64,000 bases of DNA, taken from Limisphaerales bacterium. Lineage in GTDB: Bacteria; Verrucomicrobiota; Verrucomicrobiia; Limisphaerales; CAIMTB01. Position 1 is the stretch's first letter. Each line of letters starts with the position of its first letter. Under the pieces are notes generated by a model. It saw nothing but the letters and a program-made list of their open reading frames with translations. It did no database searches and was not told the DNA's origin. The stretch spans positions 2,475-66,474 of the forward strand of contig JBFWOK010000003.1 of the NCBI GenBank assembly GCA_050250555.1, in the 5' to 3' direction. Of this stretch, positions 58,776 to 64,000 are shown piece after piece. The position numbers and the translations under genes are program-made.

Positions 58776-59831
58776 TCATTCCGCCTTCACCTGGGTCCAG
58801 ACCTGGTCGACCCAGGCGGTCCGCGAACCGAGATCGACGAGGTATTCCAGCTTGGCCATGACTTCCGGGGACGGGTAGATGGCCGGATTCGCCAGGTCCC
58901 TGGAGTTCACAAACTCGCGCGCCGCGGCGTTGGGCGTTCCGAACCGGGTGTGGTTGACGAGCCGCGCCCCGATGCGCGGTTCGAGCACGAAATTGATGAA
59001 GTCCTCCGCAAGGTCGCGATGCGGCGCCCGGGCCGGCACGGCCAGGTTGTCCAGGAAGATCTCGCTTCCCTCCTTCGGGATCACGTAGCCGGTTCCCTCG
59101 TCCTCCGCCATCCCCCGCACGGCCTCCCCACTGAACACGACGGCAAGGTCGGCCGTCCGATCGACGACTCGATTCTTCCCGGCCACGCTCCCCTCGAACG
59201 CGAGGCAGCGCTTCTTGGTGTCGAGCAGCGCCTCACGGGCCTGTTTCAACGCCGGCAGTTCGGTCGCATTGAAGGAGTGCCCCCGGTATTTCAGGGCGGC
59301 CCCGATCGCGTCCCGCATGGAGTCGATCATCACCATCGGTCCGCGTTGCTTGGATTTGTCGAAGAACACGTCCCAGGAATCGGGTGCCGGCCGTCCCGCT
59401 GCCTTGCGGTAGTAGATCCCCAGGGTTCCCCATTGGTAAGGCACCGTGTGCTCGTTCCGCGGATCGAACGGAAGGCGCCGGAACCGCGCGTCGATGTGCT
59501 TGAGGTTCGGAATTCGCTCGTGCCGAAGGGGCGACAGAAGCCCGAGTTGAACCAGGCTCGTCACGGCATGGTCCGGCGGCACGACGATGTCGTACACGCC
59601 CGCCCCGCCCCCCTGCATCTTCGCGATCATCGACTCCGCCTCCTCGTAGTAGTCGAGGGTCACCTCGGCGTCGTGGCGCTTCTCGAATTCCTTCACCACC
59701 GCCGGATCGAGGTATTCGCTCCAGATGAAGACGTTCAGCTTCTGAGCGGCGCGGGCGTCGTGCCCAAACCCCAGCAAGCCGGCCGCCCAGAACATTCCCA
59801 GAAATCGGACCAGTGCGCGTGTCAGTTCCAT
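58776..59831 (-). CDS. Spermidine/putrescine ABC transporter substrate-binding protein (PotD/PotF family)
   Basis: Signal peptide; LNVFIWSEY, YDIVVP, VPYQWG, PKEG, DNLAVP, FINFVL. No ABC permease or ATPase is adjacent. Confidence 0.88.
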   Translation of the reverse strand: MELTRALVRFLGMFWAAGLLGFGHDARAAQKLNVFIWSEYLDPAVVKEFEKRHDAEVTLDYYEEAESMIAKMQGGGAGVYDIVVPPDHAVTSLVQLGLLSPLRHERIPNLKHIDARFRRLPFDPRNEHTVPYQWGTLGIYYRKAAGRPAPDSWDVFFDKSKQRGPMVMIDSMRDAIGAALKYRGHSFNATELPALKQAREALLDTKKRCLAFEGSVAGKNRVVDRTADLAVVFSGEAVRGMAEDEGTGYVIPKEGSEIFLDNLAVPARAPHRDLAEDFINFVLEPRIGARLVNHTRFGTPNAAAREFVNSRDLANPAIYPSPEVMAKLEYLVDLGSRTAWVDQVWTQVKAE

Positions 59832-59944
59832 GAATGAATGACCGGCGCTGTTTGGGTGACATCAGGCCCCCGGTCAAGTCCGCATGTTCCCCATTTTTCA
59901 CCGGCCCCTTGTCACGCGCCGCCGCCCGTCTATCCTCCCGCCCC

Positions 59945-61360
59945 ATGTCACCGCTCCCTCCCGCGGCCCCCGCGCGTTCCAACGGGGCTTGTCCCGCCAT
60001 CCCGTCCGTCCCGGCCATCCTCGTCGCCCTCGCCCTCGCCGTCGCCCTTGCCACCCTCGGAATCGCCGCCACCCCCACGGCCGCCGGCGCGGAGGCGCCC
60101 CAGACGCTGCGCAAGATCGCCGACGGACTGGTTTCCCCCCTCAATCTCCTTTCCCTCGACGCGGAGCGCCTGCTTGTCGCCGACCAGATCGGCCTCGTCC
60201 ATGTCCTCGATCGATCCGGGAATCGACGACCTGAACCCTTCCTCGATATCCGCCCGCGCCTGACCCGGTTGAGGCAGGGCTTCGACGAGCGCGGCCTCCT
60301 GGGGTTCGCGTTCCATCCGAAGTTCCCTGGCAACCGGCGGGTCTACGCGTATTACAGCGCCGCGCGAAGCGCGAACTGCCCGACCAACTGGGATCACACC
60401 AGCCACATCAGCGAGTTCACCGTCACCCCGGACCTCGCGCGCGTCGATCCGGCCTCGGAACGACTCCTGCTTCAGGTCGATCAACCGTATTTCAACCACA
60501 ACGGGGGCCGGCTCGCCTTCGGTTCGGACGGGTTCCTGTACGTCGGGATCGGCGACGGCGGCAACGCGAACGACGAAGGATTTGACCGCGGCCCCGCGGG
60601 GAACGCGCAGGATCTGACCACGCTTCTCGGCAAGTTCCTTCGGCTCGATGTGGACCAATCCGGCGCGGACAAGCCGTACGGCATCCCTTCGGACAACCCG
60701 CTCGTCGGCAAAGCGCCCGCCCGCCCCGAGATCTTCGCGTGGGGCATCCGGAATCCCTGGGGCTTCTCGTTCGATCGGGGCGGAGCCCGCGAACTGTTCT
60801 CGGCGGACGTCGGGCAGGGCCGCTACGAGGAGGTCAGCGTGATTCGCAAGGGCGGAAACTACGGCTGGAACCAGCGCGAGGGCTTCCACGCTTTCGATCC
60901 CAAAAAGCCCGTCGCCATCGATGCGACCGGCGTCGCGATCCCGTCGGAAGTCGGAGGATTCGTCGACCCGATTTGCGAGTACCGGAACCTCAACACGTTT
61001 CCCAACGAAGCCGACGCCCACGGGATCAGCGTCACCGGCGGATATGTCTACCGCGGCAAGGCGCTTCCGCATCTCCAGGGCCGGTATGTCTTCGGCGATT
61101 GGAGCCAGAAATTCAGCGTTCCCGAGGGTCGGCTTCTGGTCGCCACCCGTCCCGCGGGCGAGGCGGACGGTCCCGCCCGTCGCGCGTGGTCCGTCGAACC
61201 GCTGCCCCTGGAGGCTTTTCCCAACCGGAACCTGGGCGTCTACGTGCTCGCGTTCGGCGAGGATGCCGAGGGTGAACTCTACGTGCTGACCACCCAGCGC
61301 GGTGGGCTCATCGACCGGACCGGCGCCGTCTGGAAACTCGTTCCCGCCAAGGGCCCGTGA
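59945..61360 (+). CDS. PQQ-dependent glucose/sorbosone dehydrogenase family protein
   Basis: Signal peptide; ERGLLGFAFHP, NHNGG, GDGG, LGKFLR, GIRNPW, GGNYGW, SVTGGYVYRG, FGEDAEGELY. Confidence 0.9.
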   Translation: MSPLPPAAPARSNGACPAIPSVPAILVALALAVALATLGIAATPTAAGAEAPQTLRKIADGLVSPLNLLSLDAERLLVADQIGLVHVLDRSGNRRPEPFLDIRPRLTRLRQGFDERGLLGFAFHPKFPGNRRVYAYYSAARSANCPTNWDHTSHISEFTVTPDLARVDPASERLLLQVDQPYFNHNGGRLAFGSDGFLYVGIGDGGNANDEGFDRGPAGNAQDLTTLLGKFLRLDVDQSGADKPYGIPSDNPLVGKAPARPEIFAWGIRNPWGFSFDRGGARELFSADVGQGRYEEVSVIRKGGNYGWNQREGFHAFDPKKPVAIDATGVAIPSEVGGFVDPICEYRNLNTFPNEADAHGISVTGGYVYRGKALPHLQGRYVFGDWSQKFSVPEGRLLVATRPAGEADGPARRAWSVEPLPLEAFPNRNLGVYVLAFGEDAEGELYVLTTQRGGLIDRTGAVWKLVPAKGP

Positions 61361-61367
61361 ACATCGG

Positions 61368-62567
61368 TCAGATCCGAAGGAAGATCTGGCGCCGGTGCAT
61401 CCAGTGGAGAATCACCCAGAAGACGGCCAGAACGGCCGTCCCTTGAACGACCGGGACGTAGGCATCCCCGAACACGGCGAAGACGCCTTGGCCCAGGTGG
61501 GTTTTGAAGGAGCCGACGACGAAGTGTTCCCAAAGGTGGGCGATGCAGTAGGCCATGATGGAGTTCATGCCGATCACCACGAGCGGAAACGCCCAGCGCT
61601 TGTGACCTTGGACGTCGATGATGGCATAGAAGGCGGCCAGGAAGAGGAAGCACCATCCGCCGCTGAACAACACCCAGGACGGAGTCCAGATCCGTTTCAC
61701 CACCGGGCAGATGCCGAGCCAGCCGGCGAGCGCGCCCAACGCCAACCCGGCGATGCCGAGCATCACCATCCGGTTCAACTTCCGCTTGGGCTCCCATTCG
61801 TTCCGCAAAATGCCGCCCGCCAGGAGTCCGAGAAGCATCGTCGCCAGGGTCGGCACGAAGCTCAGCGTCGAGTACCCGCCCCCGTTGTGAGTCCAGGGCG
61901 TTTCCCGTGGGAAGAGGTTCATCCACCAGAGATCCGCCTCCCACGCGAGATTCGAGTTCTTCTGCCAGTGCGCCGCGAAGTCCCGCAGACCGTGGTCCGC
62001 CAGCCATTTCGAGCTCACGCCGACCTTGGAGTAGTCAAACTCCGGTCCCGGCACCGGGGTCATCGCGAAGGCCAGCCAGACGCCCGCCAGAAGGATGCCC
62101 AGGGCGAGCCATTGATCGCGCCGGGGACGGAAGGCCAGAAGAAACAGAGGGACGTAACCCATGCCGATCTGGGTCAGCGTGTCTTCGAAGGTGAAATTGG
62201 TCTGACGGGCGTCGACCGACCGGAGGAAGATCCCGAGGAGACTCAACGCCAGCGCGCGCCACACCGCGTGCCAGAACATCGGCAGGAATGGCTGTCCCCG
62301 GGCCTGCCGGTTCGCGACCGAGAACGCCAGCGCCGTTCCCACCAGAAAACTGAACGAAGGCTGGATCAGGTCGTGGAGCGTGCACCCCACCCATTCGATG
62401 TGGCTCTGATGATGGGCCAGGAACGCCCAGAAACCGCTGTCCGGGAAATTCGACGCCATCCGGCCTAGGCGGAGGGCCTCGGCCATCATCAGGAACATGA
62501 CGAAACCACGATAGGCGTCGATCGAGGCAAGCCGGACCTGGCCAGGGCGAGGGGTGGGACCGTTCAT
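61368..62567 (-). CDS. DUF5009 / heparan-alpha-glucosaminide N-acetyltransferase-like membrane protein
   Basis: RLASIDAYRG, DLIQPSFSFLVG, LTQIG, PVVKRIWTPSW, IGMNSI; multiple TM segments. Confidence 0.85.
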   Translation of the reverse strand: MNGPTPRPGQVRLASIDAYRGFVMFLMMAEALRLGRMASNFPDSGFWAFLAHHQSHIEWVGCTLHDLIQPSFSFLVGTALAFSVANRQARGQPFLPMFWHAVWRALALSLLGIFLRSVDARQTNFTFEDTLTQIGMGYVPLFLLAFRPRRDQWLALGILLAGVWLAFAMTPVPGPEFDYSKVGVSSKWLADHGLRDFAAHWQKNSNLAWEADLWWMNLFPRETPWTHNGGGYSTLSFVPTLATMLLGLLAGGILRNEWEPKRKLNRMVMLGIAGLALGALAGWLGICPVVKRIWTPSWVLFSGGWCFLFLAAFYAIIDVQGHKRWAFPLVVIGMNSIMAYCIAHLWEHFVVGSFKTHLGQGVFAVFGDAYVPVVQGTAVLAVFWVILHWMHRRQIFLRI

Positions 62568-62666
62568 CGGGTTGGGGTGGAGCGCCGCAAGAGTGCGCAT
62601 CCGTCCCGTCCCCGCAAGCCGAAGCTCGCCCCAACCACAGCCCCTCCGAACCCGATGACCGGAAGA

Positions 62667-62778
62667 CAACCACGGAGCACACGAATCACACGGAATTCAT
62701 AGATGGTGAGAACCATGCGGGAACCCGGCACCTTCTTCCACGGCTTCCATTCCGTGTGCTCCGTGTGTTCCGTGGTTG
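62667..62778. repeat. Triple-nonamer inverted repeat (CACACGGA-type hairpin)
   Basis: 30-bp arms 62667-62696 and 62749-62778, 27/30 complementary, 52-nt spacer. Confidence 0.85.
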
Positions 62779-62812
62779 AAACTCGGCGGATTCGTGTGGC
62801 CCATGCCGTGGT

Positions 62813-63862
62813 TCAACCCCCACCCAGGGCCCGTCGTGCGCCCCGAAGCATCCGTTCGGTGGTCTCCCAACCCACGCACGCGTCCGTCACGGAAACGCCG
62901 TACCGGAGCTGGGATCGGTCCGTCACGAGCGGCTGGTTCCCCTCCTCGAGGTGGCTCTCCACCATGGCCGCCACCAGGGTCCTGTTCCCGGCCAATCGCT
63001 GCGACACCACGCTGTTCCAGACCTCCTCCTGCCGGGCGAAGACCTTCGCGGAGTTCGCGTGGCTGCAATCCACCATCAGACCCTCGGGCAATCCCGCCTT
63101 TCTCAGCGCCGCCGCCGCCGCCGCGATGCTCGCGGGATCGTAGTTGGTCCCCGCCTTGCCCCCGCGAAGCACGACGTGTCCGAACGGATTTCCCGCGGTG
63201 CGGACCACGCTGGTCCGGCCGTCCCCGTCGATCCCGAGGAAACTGTGCGGATGCCGCGCCGAGAGCATCGCGTCCAAGGCCACCTGCAATCCGCCGTCGG
63301 TTCCGTTCTTGAACCCCACGGGCATCGAAAGTCCGCTCGCCATCTGCCGGTGGGTCTGGGATTCCGTCGTGCGCGCGCCGATCGCCGCCCAGGTCACCAG
63401 GTCGTCGATGTACTGCGGCACCACCGGATCCAGAAACTCGGTTCCCGCCGGCAGTCCCAGTCCGTTCACCTCCAGGAGAAGACTCCGCGCCCGCTTTAAT
63501 CCGAGTTCCATCTCGTCGGAACCGTCCAGGTGCGGATCGTAGATCATCCCCTTCCACCCGATCGTCGTCCGCGGCTTCTCGAAGTACACGCGCATCACCA
63601 CGAACAGGCGGTCCGCGACGTCCCGGCTCACCCGGGCCAGGCGGTCCGCGTACTCCAGCGCCCCCGCCTCGTCGTGAATCGAGCAGGGTCCGATCACCAC
63701 CAGCATCCGGGGATCGGCGCCTTCCAGGATCCGCTGAACCACGGCGCGCCCTTCCACGACCGTCCGGTTCGCGGTCTCGGTGATCGGCAGGTCGGACTTC
63801 AGTTGCGCGGGGGAGATCAAGCGACGGACTTCGGTGACTCGAAGGTTTTCGGTGCGTTGCAT
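62813..63862 (-). CDS. aroF: 3-deoxy-7-phosphoheptulonate (DAHP) synthase, class I-alpha
   Basis: GPCSIHD, RVYFEKPRTTIGWKG, IGARTTESQTHR, GFKNGTDG, VDCSHANS, YGVSVTDAC; isoenzyme (AroF/G/H) cannot be resolved. Confidence 0.93.
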   Translation of the reverse strand: MQRTENLRVTEVRRLISPAQLKSDLPITETANRTVVEGRAVVQRILEGADPRMLVVIGPCSIHDEAGALEYADRLARVSRDVADRLFVVMRVYFEKPRTTIGWKGMIYDPHLDGSDEMELGLKRARSLLLEVNGLGLPAGTEFLDPVVPQYIDDLVTWAAIGARTTESQTHRQMASGLSMPVGFKNGTDGGLQVALDAMLSARHPHSFLGIDGDGRTSVVRTAGNPFGHVVLRGGKAGTNYDPASIAAAAAALRKAGLPEGLMVDCSHANSAKVFARQEEVWNSVVSQRLAGNRTLVAAMVESHLEEGNQPLVTDRSQLRYGVSVTDACVGWETTERMLRGARRALGGG

Positions 63863-64000
63863 GGTGGTCGATTTCCAGCGAATCGAACGGCGCTTTTCAG
63901 GACCCCGCCGATTCCGGGCGAGCCGCAATGCTGGTCACTTCGCCTTCGTGCAGTCGAGTCTTCAGAGGCATTCCCGGGACGACCTCCGCCGCGCGCCGGA

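Noticed and set aside
57277-58779. 727-aa ORF suggesting a long KtrA or a KtrB-KtrA fusion
   Set aside because: The extension is an alternative frame over ktrB; KtrA begins at ATG 57276.

Overview
High-GC bacterial chromosome segment. Gene content points to Verrucomicrobiota, probably Pedosphaerales/Limisphaerales-like (inference from a long LepB, MqnD futalosine pathway, LTD-CotH protein, PEP-CTERM proteins, a DUF6797-type cytochrome c protein and a PVC-type UVR-motif protein). It holds about 40 intact CDSs: housekeeping genes (lpdA 3' end, lepA-lepB, suhB, ggt, kdgK, sucA, rlmN, mqnD, folP-like, DAHP synthase), tRNA-Val(TAC), a K+ transport cluster (two tandem Kup, KtrAB) interrupted by a SWIM-SNF2 helicase, a GAF-4xPAS hybrid histidine kinase coupled to a secreted M12-type metalloprotease, and a probable amino-sugar catabolic run split by a lower-GC island of two PEP-CTERM genes. 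The most notable items are: (1) a 109-bp MITE/REP-like element in three copies plus related triple-unit hairpins; (2) a C-terminal motif (S/A-x-D/Q-L-x2-3-W ... F-x-R) shared by three unrelated exported proteins, a candidate lineage-specific sorting signal; (3) a stand-alone N-terminal half of CarB; (4) a second Kup with the essential Asp replaced by His; (5) a DHPS homologue lacking the SRK motif; (6) two decayed PIN-toxin remnants, one running into the tRNA 3' end. No CRISPR array, rRNA, transposase or integrase was seen. Calls come from motif recognition by eye only; no searches were run, and many start codons are best guesses.
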